Shown here in pieces: positions 33,741-45,130 of a stretch of 64,000 bases of DNA. The stretch lies in assembly GCA_902569465.1 (NCBI GenBank), contig CACFUE010000001.1:800-64799 (forward strand), in the 5' to 3' direction. The DNA is from an uncultured Pelagibacteraceae bacterium. GTDB taxonomy: Bacteria > Pseudomonadota > Alphaproteobacteria > Pelagibacterales > Pelagibacteraceae. The position numbers were made by a program, and so were the translations under genes. The notes under the pieces were generated by a model, which ran no database searches, was not told the origin of the DNA, and worked only from the letters and a program-made list of their open reading frames with translations. Positions within the stretch are counted from its first letter, which is position 1. The number at the start of each line of letters is the position of its first letter.

Positions 33741-35132
33741 ATGGAAAATAAAAATATAATTAAAAAAAGCACTTATATCTCAGAAGAAGAAAAAACACTT
33801 ATTTGGGAGGATATTCAGGTATCTTTAAAAAAAACATTTGGGTCTGAAATTTACAACAGTTGGCTTCAAAAAATAACTTTAGTCAAAGAATATAACGATT
33901 ACTTAATTCTTGGAGTTCCAACGAGATTTTTTAGAGATTGGATTGTTTCAAGATACTTAGATAAGATTTTAGAACAGGTTAAAAGCTTTAAACTTAGCCT
34001 TAATAGAATTGAGTTTAAAATTATCGAAGAAAATAAGCAAAGTCAGGAATTTATAAAAATAGAGGAATTAAACAAAGTAACCGAAATTAAAGACTCTATT
34101 TTAAATTATAACAGACTTAATCCTAATTTAAATTTTGATAGTTTTATCCAAGGTAAAAGCAATGATATTGCTCTCTCGTATTCAAAAAAGGTTTGTGAGC
34201 ATTTATCTCGATATAATCCCTTATATATATGTGGAGGTGTGGGACTAGGAAAAACTCATCTCCTGAATGCTATTGGAATTAGGCTGCAAGACAACAACAA
34301 CGTAATGTTTATATCTGCAGAGCGTTTTATGTATCACTTTATCAAATCAATAAAAAAAAATGATATGGTCAATTTTAAAGATTTTTTCAGGAAGTCATCA
34401 GTTTTTATTATTGATGATATTCAATTTATTAGTGGAAAAGAGAGTTTGCAAGAGGAATTCTTTCATACTTTTAATAGCCTTATCGACAAAGGATCTCAGA
34501 TTATAATTTCATCAGATAGATCGCCTATGAAATTGGATAGAGTTCAAGAAAGAATTAAGTCAAGATTAGCTGGTGGTTTAGTTGTTGATATAGATACACC
34601 TGATACTGAATTAAAAATAAAAATTTTAAAAAAGAAAATAAATGAAATAGAAAGTCAATTTAAAGAAAGTATCAATCTTAGCGAAGAGGTTATAAGTTAT
34701 GTTGCTACAGAGACTAAAACTAATATAAGAGAACTGATAGGAGTTTTAAACAGAGTAGTCGCTTTTAGTAGGGTACATAATAAAATTTTAACGATAAATG
34801 ACTGTAAAAATATCTTAAAAGACGTTTTTAATCAAATAAGAATTATTACAGTTGATAAAATTCAGAACGTTGTTTCTAATTATTTCAATATAAGCTTAAG
34901 TGATATGTTATCTCAACGAAGATCAAGACCTTTAGCAAGACCTAGACAAATAGCAATGTTTCTAGCAAAAAAAATGACAAGCAGATCTTTGCCGGAAATT
35001 GGAAGACGATTTGCTAACAGAGACCATACAACAGTAATTCATGCTGTAAAAACTATTACCCGATTATCAGAGCAGGACGATGAAATGAAGAAAAATATAA
35101 GCCAGATAAAAAGTCTGTTATTAGAGCAGTAA
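33741..35132 (+). CDS. dnaA: Chromosomal replication initiator
   Basis: GGVGLGKTHL, IDDIQF, SLPEIGRRFANRDHTTVIHA. Confidence 0.99.
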   Translation: MENKNIIKKSTYISEEEKTLIWEDIQVSLKKTFGSEIYNSWLQKITLVKEYNDYLILGVPTRFFRDWIVSRYLDKILEQVKSFKLSLNRIEFKIIEENKQSQEFIKIEELNKVTEIKDSILNYNRLNPNLNFDSFIQGKSNDIALSYSKKVCEHLSRYNPLYICGGVGLGKTHLLNAIGIRLQDNNNVMFISAERFMYHFIKSIKKNDMVNFKDFFRKSSVFIIDDIQFISGKESLQEEFFHTFNSLIDKGSQIIISSDRSPMKLDRVQERIKSRLAGGLVVDIDTPDTELKIKILKKKINEIESQFKESINLSEEVISYVATETKTNIRELIGVLNRVVAFSRVHNKILTINDCKNILKDVFNQIRIITVDKIQNVVSNYFNISLSDMLSQRRSRPLARPRQIAMFLAKKMTSRSLPEIGRRFANRDHTTVIHAVKTITRLSEQDDEMKKNISQIKSLLLEQ

Positions 35133-35136
35133 GTAA

Positions 35137-36252
35137 ATGGAATTTGTTGTAAAAAGAGATTCTTTACTTAAATCTTTAAATTTTGTTCAAGGTGTCGTAG
35201 AAAAGAAAAACACTCTCCCAATACTCTCAAATGTCTTACTTCAACTTAAAAATAAAAAACTTTCAATAGTAGCAACAGATCTCGATATAGTTTTTTACGA
35301 TGAAATAAGTGAAGTAAAAATAATTAATGAGGGTAGTACAACAACCTCAGCTGCAATCCTTTATGATATTTTAAGAAAGATATCATCCAATTCTGATCTA
35401 AACTTTAATTTAAAATCTGAAAATAAACTAAGTTTAAAAAGTGAAAATGCTGATTTTAATCTTCTATGTTTGCCAACAGACAATTTCCCAACTTTTGCAG
35501 ACGAATTTAAAGAAAATGAATTTATTCTGAGTAATACAAAATTCTTAAAACTGCTAAATAAAACCAAAATTTCAATATCAAACGATGATACAAGACATTA
35601 CTTAAATGGAATTTTTTTACATATAACTGAGGCTCAAGGTAGAAATTTTTTAACTGGTGTTGCTACAGATAGTCATAGACTGTCTTCAAGCAGTTTAGAG
35701 ATGGAAGATGTCAATGATTTTAATTCTTTAATCCTACCCAGAAAGACAGTTTATCAATTATGCTCATTACTTGCTGAAAGTTCAGAGAAAATAATTATGC
35801 AGACTGGTGAAAACAAAATAAAATTTACCTTAGGTAATATGAAATTAATTTCAAAAGTCATTGATGGTAAATTCCCTGATTATAAAAAAGTTATACCAAC
35901 AAATAATTCTAAAAAACTGATAGTACCATCAAAAGATCTTATTAATTCAATTGAGAGAGTAGCAAGTGTTTCACTTGATAGAAAAGAGGGTGTAAAGTTA
36001 AATATTAACAAAGATAATGTTCAATTATCTGTAAATAGCGCAAATTCTGGTGAAGGTAATGAAAAAATTAAAGCAAATTATAATGGTGAAAATCTAAATA
36101 TAAGTTTTAATTCAAAATATTTGATCGATATTGCTTCAGAAATAGAGAACAAGGATATTGAAATGAGTTTTAAAGACTCTGTTTCACCGGTGCTTATTCA
36201 AGATAATTCAGACAAAAATAGTTTTTACGTTATAATGCCGATGAAAATCTAA
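35137..36252 (+). CDS. dnaN: DNA polymerase III beta clamp
   Basis: TLPILSN, ATDSHRL, FPDY, C-terminal MPMKI. Confidence 0.98.
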   Translation: MEFVVKRDSLLKSLNFVQGVVEKKNTLPILSNVLLQLKNKKLSIVATDLDIVFYDEISEVKIINEGSTTTSAAILYDILRKISSNSDLNFNLKSENKLSLKSENADFNLLCLPTDNFPTFADEFKENEFILSNTKFLKLLNKTKISISNDDTRHYLNGIFLHITEAQGRNFLTGVATDSHRLSSSSLEMEDVNDFNSLILPRKTVYQLCSLLAESSEKIIMQTGENKIKFTLGNMKLISKVIDGKFPDYKKVIPTNNSKKLIVPSKDLINSIERVASVSLDRKEGVKLNINKDNVQLSVNSANSGEGNEKIKANYNGENLNISFNSKYLIDIASEIENKDIEMSFKDSVSPVLIQDNSDKNSFYVIMPMKI

Positions 36253-36306
36253 ACTTTCTTAATTTTAGAATTTTTTTTAATTTTTGCTTTAAAAGTGTTG
36301 ATATAG

Positions 36307-38448
<2,142 letters not shown>

Positions 38449-38450
38449 AA

Positions 38451-39740
38451 ATGAATTTTTCTACTCTTTTCCGAACAAAAGAGAACTTAAGCTTAGACAA
38501 AAATACTCTTACTATTTTAAGATATATAGCTATTTTTGGTCAGTTTTTAGCAATTGGAACTGTTTATTATTATCTAAATTTACCATTTCCATTAATAGAG
38601 AGTTATCTAATTATTTCGCTTGGTTTAGCTACAAATTTATACCTTCAGTTTGGTGTTAAAATCAATCAACTTAAAGATTTCTACGCAGCCCCTTTTCTTT
38701 TATATGATCTGATACAGCTAAGTGCTCTTCTCTATTTAACAGGAGGAATTTTCAATCCTTTCTCTTTTTTATTAATAATACCAGCTATAGTTTCTTCAAC
38801 ATTTTTGAGCATGGGAACTACAATTATTTTAGGTTTTATAACATCAATACTTTTACTAACCATATCATTTTTTCATTTACCTTTACCAGGGGAGGATATG
38901 AATTTGTTACACTTTCCAAATTATTATAAAATTGGAATTATAATCTCAGTCTTGATTGGTTTAATATTTTTAAGTTATTTTGGTATTCGATTTGCTGGAG
39001 AAAAAAAGAAAACTGAAGAGGCTTTCAAAAAACTTCAAGAAGTGATTTATAAAGAGTATGAATTAGAGTCTTTAGGAGGTCAGGCAGCAGCAGCAGCACA
39101 TTCGCTTGGCACACCTTTAGCTACAATAAGTGTAGTAGCTAAAGAATTAAAAAAAGAAATCGGAGATGACAATGAACTTTCAAAAGATATTGATTTATTA
39201 ATTAGTCAATCTAAAAGATGCAGTGAAATTTTGAAAAGAATTTCAAAAAAACAGATAGAGGAAGATAAATTTTTCAGCTCAACAAAATTAGAGAATTTGC
39301 TCGAAGAAATTATTAATTCTTTTAAAGAAACTTCATCTAAAGAAATTATTTTCGTATGTGATAATGATAAAAACAAAATTGATGTTCAAAGATCTGCGGA
39401 AATGATTTACGGCTTAAGAAATTTTATAGGTAATGCGATTAAATTTTCAAAAACCAGGGTAAATATTTTCCTTATAAGCGATGAAAAAGAAATTAAAATA
39501 ACAGTAAATGATGACGGGCCAGGATTTCCAAAAGATATAATTGAGAAATTAGGTGAGCCATATATTAAATCTAAGTCATTAGAATTAAATTCAAATTCAG
39601 GTTTAGGTCTCGGAACTTTCTTGGGCAAAACTTTATTAGAGAGACAAAATGCTAAACTATCTTTTAAAGATGATAAAAATTTAGGTGGTGCTTCAGTAGT
39701 TATAACTTGGAACCCAAAAAATATTTTGCTTAACGCTTAA
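38451..39740 (+). CDS. regB: Redox-sensing histidine kinase, RegB/PrrB/ActS family
   Basis: GGIFNPF quinone motif, H-box AHSLGTPL, redox Cys in RCSEIL, DDGPGF, GLGLG. Confidence 0.93.
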   Translation: MNFSTLFRTKENLSLDKNTLTILRYIAIFGQFLAIGTVYYYLNLPFPLIESYLIISLGLATNLYLQFGVKINQLKDFYAAPFLLYDLIQLSALLYLTGGIFNPFSFLLIIPAIVSSTFLSMGTTIILGFITSILLLTISFFHLPLPGEDMNLLHFPNYYKIGIIISVLIGLIFLSYFGIRFAGEKKKTEEAFKKLQEVIYKEYELESLGGQAAAAAHSLGTPLATISVVAKELKKEIGDDNELSKDIDLLISQSKRCSEILKRISKKQIEEDKFFSSTKLENLLEEIINSFKETSSKEIIFVCDNDKNKIDVQRSAEMIYGLRNFIGNAIKFSKTRVNIFLISDEKEIKITVNDDGPGFPKDIIEKLGEPYIKSKSLELNSNSGLGLGTFLGKTLLERQNAKLSFKDDKNLGGASVVITWNPKNILLNA

Positions 39741-40611
39741 ATTCAAAAGAGTATGCAAGGATCTTATAAGCTAATTTTGCAACTAAAAAATTATATGAAT
39801 CAAATTTTTTAATCGGCGCAAGTTCATTTATGTCTGCACCAACTATATTAGATATTTGGCAAACTTTTTTTATTATTGGTAAAACTTCATCCCAAAATAA
39901 TCCGCCAGGTTCTGGGGTTCCAGTTGCTGGCATAATGCTTGCGTCAAACCCATCAACGTCAAAGGTTATATAAACTTGTTTATTCTTGAATAGGTTATTT
40001 AATTTTCCAAGGTCCCAATTTTTTTTATCTTTAGCCCAAAAAATTTCTATTCTGTCTTTATTCTTATTATAAAAATCCATTTCAGATTTTGAGAGATTTC
40101 TTATTCCAAATGAAACAACTTTTACATTTTGAAAATCGAGGCATCTTTTAATTGCTGAAGCATGAGAAAATTTTTCACCTTGATAGCTTTCTCGAAGATC
40201 AGCATGGGCATCGAAATGAAGAAGAATTAATTCCTTGTATTTTTTTGTAAATGGTTTAATTGATCCTGGAGTAATAGAGTGTTCACCTCCTAAAACCAAT
40301 GGAAATTTCTTTTCAGATAGTATCTTATCGTTTATTTCTGATAATTGATCTAAGGCATCGATTAATTTACTTTTTATTTTAAAGGGTTTTAATGTTTGAA
40401 TACCAATTGCTTTGTATGGCTCTTTGTTTAACTCTTCGTCAAATAATTCAACTTGATGCGAGGCTTTAATAATTTCTTTTGGTCCGTTAACAGTTCCACT
40501 ACCGTAGCTTACTGTTTTTTCTAAACCAAAAGGCACTACAACTACTTTTGGAAGAGATTTATGATTTGCATCAAATCCCAAAAAACCTTTTTTCTGGTCT
40601 AAGTAATTCAT
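39730..40611 (-). CDS. speB: Agmatinase-family ureohydrolase
   Basis: GGEHS, DAHAD, SHA, DVD, GTPEPGG. Confidence 0.9.
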   Translation of the reverse strand: MNYLDQKKGFLGFDANHKSLPKVVVVPFGLEKTVSYGSGTVNGPKEIIKASHQVELFDEELNKEPYKAIGIQTLKPFKIKSKLIDALDQLSEINDKILSEKKFPLVLGGEHSITPGSIKPFTKKYKELILLHFDAHADLRESYQGEKFSHASAIKRCLDFQNVKVVSFGIRNLSKSEMDFYNKNKDRIEIFWAKDKKNWDLGKLNNLFKNKQVYITFDVDGFDASIMPATGTPEPGGLFWDEVLPIIKKVCQISNIVGADINELAPIKKFDSYNFLVAKLAYKILAYSFEFKR

Positions 40612-41661
40612 TTAAGATTTAAATATTTGTGAAAAATTTCTCTTTGTTCTCTTTTTCCAATTTGCTCTGTGATATGCATCACTTGCAATTAATGGCATTA
40701 CGCTTGTGGCTTCAGCAAAAACCATTTGTTCTTTTGTAATATCAACTTTTCCCCACGAACTAGCTTCTTTTAATGTAGAACTGCTACAAGCACCGTCCCT
40801 AGTATCAGCAACAGTAATTTGTATAGCATACTTATGCATATCAACTTTTTTACCTAATAATTCTGCACAAACTACTGTATCCTGAATGAAGTTTTTAGGA
40901 ACACCTCCCCCAATCATAAACAGACCCGACTGCTTTGATTGAAGTTTAATTTCGGTTAATTCTCTAAATTCTCTTATAGAGTCAATTGTGATATGTTTTC
41001 CAGGATTTTTTTCTTGATGCATTACGAGCCCAAAACCCGCTGAACTATCAGTGAATGCTGGACAAAATATTGGGACATTATTATCGTACGCAACTTCTAT
41101 CAAAGAGCCTTTTTTTTTAGCATTAACTTTAAGGTATTTTCCTAACTCTTGTATGAATTCTCTAGAAGTATAAGTTTTAGGCTTTAGCGTATTAGCAATA
41201 TCACAAATAGTTTGATCGCAGGCTTGTAACTCTTCTTCATCTATATATGTATCATAGATTCTATCTATATAGTTATTTCTTAACGTTGTATCATCTTCAA
41301 ATTGTGATCCTTGATAATGCTTAAATCCTAGAGCTTCAAAGAAATCCATATCTATGATTGAAGCACCTGTAGCCACAATAGCGTCAACCATATTATGTCT
41401 CACTAAATCAGTGTATAATTCCATACAACCACCTGCAGAAGTTGATCCTGCTAATGTTAAAAAAATTGAACAATCCTTATCCTTAAGCATCTCATTATAA
41501 ATACGAGCTGCTCTGGCTGTATCTCTAGATGTAAAAGACATTTTGCTCATTCCATCAATAATTTGACGAGCATCAAAGGACTTTATGTCGATATGTTCAA
41601 CAGGAGAATTGAGTAAAGATTTTTTATTGTGTCCGATATTCGAACTATTTTTTTTATTCAT
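40612..41661 (-). CDS. Deoxyhypusine synthase-like protein (probable homospermidine-pathway enzyme)
   Basis: RIYDT, DSS, GGGVPKN, and EASSWGK with the catalytic Lys. Confidence 0.9.
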   Translation of the reverse strand: MNKKNSSNIGHNKKSLLNSPVEHIDIKSFDARQIIDGMSKMSFTSRDTARAARIYNEMLKDKDCSIFLTLAGSTSAGGCMELYTDLVRHNMVDAIVATGASIIDMDFFEALGFKHYQGSQFEDDTTLRNNYIDRIYDTYIDEEELQACDQTICDIANTLKPKTYTSREFIQELGKYLKVNAKKKGSLIEVAYDNNVPIFCPAFTDSSAGFGLVMHQEKNPGKHITIDSIREFRELTEIKLQSKQSGLFMIGGGVPKNFIQDTVVCAELLGKKVDMHKYAIQITVADTRDGACSSSTLKEASSWGKVDITKEQMVFAEATSVMPLIASDAYHRANWKKRTKRNFSQIFKS

Positions 41662-42842
41662 TAAGCTACTAAGGAACCAACTTTATCATTAGAATCATCG
41701 TACAAAGATATAATTGGTTTGTCACTTAATTCGTGAATTTCATTTGAGTAAAAACCATTAAAGTTAGTTCTAAAAGTAAGACTGTATGCTCCTAGCTGAC
41801 CTAACTCTATATAATCACCTTCTTTAATATTATTAGGTAATAAAAATGGACCTTTCATATAATCTAACCCATCACAAGTTGGACCAAAAAAACTAAACGC
41901 AGTTAGTTTTTTAGATTGAATTCTACCATCTGTAATCATTTTTGATGGTAAAACAAAATTTGGCCCACCTGCATCAAATAATGATCCATAAGTACCATCA
42001 TTTATATATAGATTATTTTTTTTTCTTAAAACAACTTTAACTATTGTAGAACCGCTCTCAGCTACTAGGGCTCTACCTGGTTCACATATAATTTCAGGTA
42101 GTCTACTTAGTTTCAAATTATTAAGTTCTTTTTTAATTTCATTCATATAATTAATTAAAGGCTCAGGATTTAGATCAGGATAAATTGATGGAAAACCACC
42201 ACCAACATTAATTATATTTGGAATTATTTTTGTTTTTTTTATTATATTTCCAACTTCACGAATTCCTTTCGAGTAAGAAATCTTATGCATGCATTGAGAA
42301 CCGACGTGAAAACTCACTCCAAGTTTCTTTGAATTATCTTTACTTAATCTTACTAAACCTAAAGCTTCAGAGGGAAGGGCTCCAAATTTTCTAGAAAGAT
42401 CTATTTCCGCATGTTCGTTTGAAATTGCAATTCTTACAAATAACTCTAAATCTTTTGCGTGTTTCGTTGCCTCTAAAATTTTTCTTAATTCATCTTTGCT
42501 GTCTAAAGAAAAACTCTTAACTCCATATTCAAAGTAAGCAGATGCTATACTTTCTTTACTCTTAATAGTGTGCATAAAATGCAACTTTGCGTCTGGTTTT
42601 ATTTTCTTGATGAGCTTTATCTCATTAAGTGAAGCGACATCAAATTCATTAATACCATTATTAATAATTTGTTTAATAACTTTCTCATTCGGATTAGTCT
42701 TAACGGCATAAAGTATCTTTCCTGGAAAATTTTCTTTAAAAAATTTTACGGATTTTTTAATCTCGTTAAGCCGTATACAATATACGGGGTTATCTGGTTG
42801 TAATGAGTTAACTAATTCGTTAACTGTTTTAAATTTTCCCAT
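41661..42842 (-). CDS. Alanine-racemase-fold basic amino acid decarboxylase (ODC-like; substrate uncertain)
   Basis: YAVK (PLP Lys), KFG, HVGSQ, GGG, EPGR, GPTCDGLD, GAY; ATG at 42842 preceded by GAGGGA. Confidence 0.9.
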   Translation of the reverse strand: MGKFKTVNELVNSLQPDNPVYCIRLNEIKKSVKFFKENFPGKILYAVKTNPNEKVIKQIINNGINEFDVASLNEIKLIKKIKPDAKLHFMHTIKSKESIASAYFEYGVKSFSLDSKDELRKILEATKHAKDLELFVRIAISNEHAEIDLSRKFGALPSEALGLVRLSKDNSKKLGVSFHVGSQCMHKISYSKGIREVGNIIKKTKIIPNIINVGGGFPSIYPDLNPEPLINYMNEIKKELNNLKLSRLPEIICEPGRALVAESGSTIVKVVLRKKNNLYINDGTYGSLFDAGGPNFVLPSKMITDGRIQSKKLTAFSFFGPTCDGLDYMKGPFLLPNNIKEGDYIELGQLGAYSLTFRTNFNGFYSNEIHELSDKPIISLYDDSNDKVGSLVA

Positions 42843-42894
42843 TTCATGTGTCCCTCGCGTTAATTTACACAAAGATTTTTTAAAAAATTTAATA

Positions 42895-42931
42895 AAAAAA
42901 ACCTTACTTATTCCGCATTTAAGGTTTTTTT
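42895..42931. repeat. 12-bp inverted repeat in the divergent decarboxylase/regA intergenic region
   Basis: AAAAAAACCTTA-N13-TAAGGTTTTTTT. Confidence 0.6.
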
Positions 42932-42965
42932 CACTTTATGTAAAGAAAAAAGGACATTTTTGACA

Positions 42966-42984
42966 TGTTGAAATTTTGTCAACA
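42966..42984. promoter_or_regulatory. Palindrome before regA, putative RegA box
   Basis: TGTTGA-AATTTTG-TCAACA. Confidence 0.45.
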
Positions 42985-43002
42985 GCACCCATATGGTACA
43001 CT

Positions 43003-43575
43003 ATGAGATCACAAAAAAATGTACCTGAGCAGCTAAAATTGGCAGACTTTGCTGATAAATCGCTATTAATACTTGATGATGACGACCCATTAAGAGGACG
43101 ATTAGCAAGAGCAATGGAGAAGAAAGGATTTCAGGTCAAAGAGGCTAAATCACTAGCAGAGGGCTTGAATATTGCTAAAACAGCCCCCACAGCTTTTGCA
43201 TTAGTGGATTTGAGGCTAGAGGATGGAAATGGATTAGATGTAGTTAGAGAACTCTCTAAGACTAAAAAGGATTGCAGAATTGTGATGTTAACCGGATACG
43301 GGAATCTACCCACAGCTGTAGCAGCAGTTAAAGAAGGTGCGATTGACTATATAGCTAAACCAGTTGATGCTGATGATGTAGAGGCAGCACTATTAGCTTC
43401 ACCCGAATCAAAAGCTAAACCTCCAGAAAACCCTATGTCCGCAGATAGAGTGAAGTGGGAGCACATTCACAGAGTGTTTGAACTGTGTAACCGAAATGTT
43501 TCAGAAACTGCGCGAAGACTTAAAATGCATAGAAGAACTTTACAAAGAATTCTTTCAAAAAGATCTCCAAGATAA
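43003..43575 (+). CDS. regA: Response regulator, RegA/PrrA/ActR family
   Basis: VDLRL, LTGYGN, PPENPMSADRVKWEHI, NVSETARRLKMHRRTLQRIL; ATG at 43003 preferred. Confidence 0.96.
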   Translation: MRSQKNVPEQLKLADFADKSLLILDDDDPLRGRLARAMEKKGFQVKEAKSLAEGLNIAKTAPTAFALVDLRLEDGNGLDVVRELSKTKKDCRIVMLTGYGNLPTAVAAVKEGAIDYIAKPVDADDVEAALLASPESKAKPPENPMSADRVKWEHIHRVFELCNRNVSETARRLKMHRRTLQRILSKRSPR

Positions 43576-44127
43576 CTAAATAATTTTTTTAAATTTTTTT
43601 ATATACTTAATCAATAACGTAGCGATAAGAATTTTGAACAATTCAGCTAATAAAAAAGGTTGGGCTCCTAATTCAAATATAGGCTTATCCCAACCTATTA
43701 AACTTCCTAACCAAATCATTCCTAAAATATAAATAAAGCTAGTAGCAAATGATAATTTTAAGAAATTTCTAATAAAATTATTATCATAATTAAATTTTCC
43801 TGACAGGTATCCAGCTAAAATAAAACCTATCAGGTAGCCCATTGTTGGACCAACGAAGTAAGCTATTCCCACACCTTTTTCCGGAGTGCCCGAAAAAACT
43901 GGTAGTCCAATAATTCCTTCAAATAAGTATAAAATAATAGTAGCTAAAGCTAATTTCCAACCAAAAGCTATTCCTAAAAATAAAACTACAAATGTTTGCA
44001 TTGTCATTGGCACAGGATAAAATGGTATTTTTATTTTAGATGATATTGCTAAAAGCAAAGACCCTACCAATGCAATGAAGAAGTACTTTATTATTTTTGT
44101 CTGTGTTAAACTTTTTACTAATTCCAT
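43576..44127 (-). CDS. bioY: Biotin ECF S-component
   Basis: PVPMTMQT, GLPVFSG, GPTMGYLIGF. Confidence 0.93.
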   Translation of the reverse strand: MELVKSLTQTKIIKYFFIALVGSLLLAISSKIKIPFYPVPMTMQTFVVLFLGIAFGWKLALATIILYLFEGIIGLPVFSGTPEKGVGIAYFVGPTMGYLIGFILAGYLSGKFNYDNNFIRNFLKLSFATSFIYILGMIWLGSLIGWDKPIFELGAQPFLLAELFKILIATLLIKYIKKFKKII

Positions 44128-44158
44128 AATATTAATTTAACTTTTTTTTGGTTAAAAT

Positions 44159-45088
44159 CTAGTGTTTTGTTAATTGCACAAAAACATCTTCCAAATCGGC
44201 ATCTTGTGTCGAAATATCCTCTATTTTGATCTTATTTTTAATTAAATAATTTACTATCTCATCAAAATCTAACGAGTCTTTCTCATAAGTAACCAAAATT
44301 GATTCTTTTGAATTGATTTTAAATTTTACATTTTTAATGAATAATTCTTGATTAAGATCTACTTTTCTTACTTTAAAATTAACTCTTTTTGTTTTTATTC
44401 TTTCAAGTAGTTTTTCAGTGCTATCTAATGCGACAAGGTTTCCCTTATTAATTATAGCTATTCTATCACACATTTCTTGGGCCTCTATTAGATAGTGAGT
44501 TGTTAAAATTATAGTAACACCTTCTTTATTAAGTTTTTTCACATTTTCCCAAAGGTTGTTTCTTAATTCAACGTCAACTCCAGCGGTCGGTTCATCTAAA
44601 ATAAGAATTGGTGGTTGATGGACCATTGCTTTTGCAATCAACAATCTTCTTTTCATTCCGCCTGATAAACTTCTTGAGTAGGCGTTAGCTTTATCTTCGA
44701 GAGATACCATTTTGAGAATGAGCTCAGTAATTCTCTCATTCTTTGTAATACCGTACAGTCCAGCTTGTAATTCAAGAAGTTTTTTGGGACTAAAGAATGC
44801 ATCTAAGTTTACTTCTTGAGGGACTATACCAACGGATGCTCTTACCTGCCGTGGACTCTGGTCTAAATCGAAACCCCAAACATTGACTTTACCGCTTGTT
44901 TTGACAACAGTCCCGCCAAGAATACTTAAGAATGTTGTTTTGCCAGCACCATTAGGACCTAATAATCCAAACACTTCACCTTCTTTTACCTGAAAGTTTA
45001 ATTCGTTTAGAGCTTTGTTTTGTTTTTTTGATTTAGAGCTAGAGTAAATCTTGGTTAGATTTTCAACAGTTAAAGCAAATTTATTCAT
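44159..45088 (-). CDS. ABC-2 type transporter ATP-binding subunit (YadG-like)
   Basis: GPNGAGKT, LSGGMKRR, LDEPTAGVD, TTHY. Confidence 0.92.
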   Translation of the reverse strand: MNKFALTVENLTKIYSSSKSKKQNKALNELNFQVKEGEVFGLLGPNGAGKTTFLSILGGTVVKTSGKVNVWGFDLDQSPRQVRASVGIVPQEVNLDAFFSPKKLLELQAGLYGITKNERITELILKMVSLEDKANAYSRSLSGGMKRRLLIAKAMVHQPPILILDEPTAGVDVELRNNLWENVKKLNKEGVTIILTTHYLIEAQEMCDRIAIINKGNLVALDSTEKLLERIKTKRVNFKVRKVDLNQELFIKNVKFKINSKESILVTYEKDSLDFDEIVNYLIKNKIKIEDISTQDADLEDVFVQLTKH

Positions 45089-45130
45089 ACTTTTTTATTA
45101 ATCATTTAGAATTCATTGTAATATGTATAT

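Noticed and set aside
40612-41661. Eukaryote/archaea-like hypusination of a translation factor
   Set aside because: Bacteria lack eIF5A, and the operon context points to small-molecule polyamine synthesis.
43576-45088. The ABC ATPase as the BioM partner of BioY
   Set aside because: It has ABC-2/YadG-type motifs (LSGGMKRR, DEPTAGVD, TTHY) rather than ECF A-component features, and there is no T component; BioY is probably solitary.
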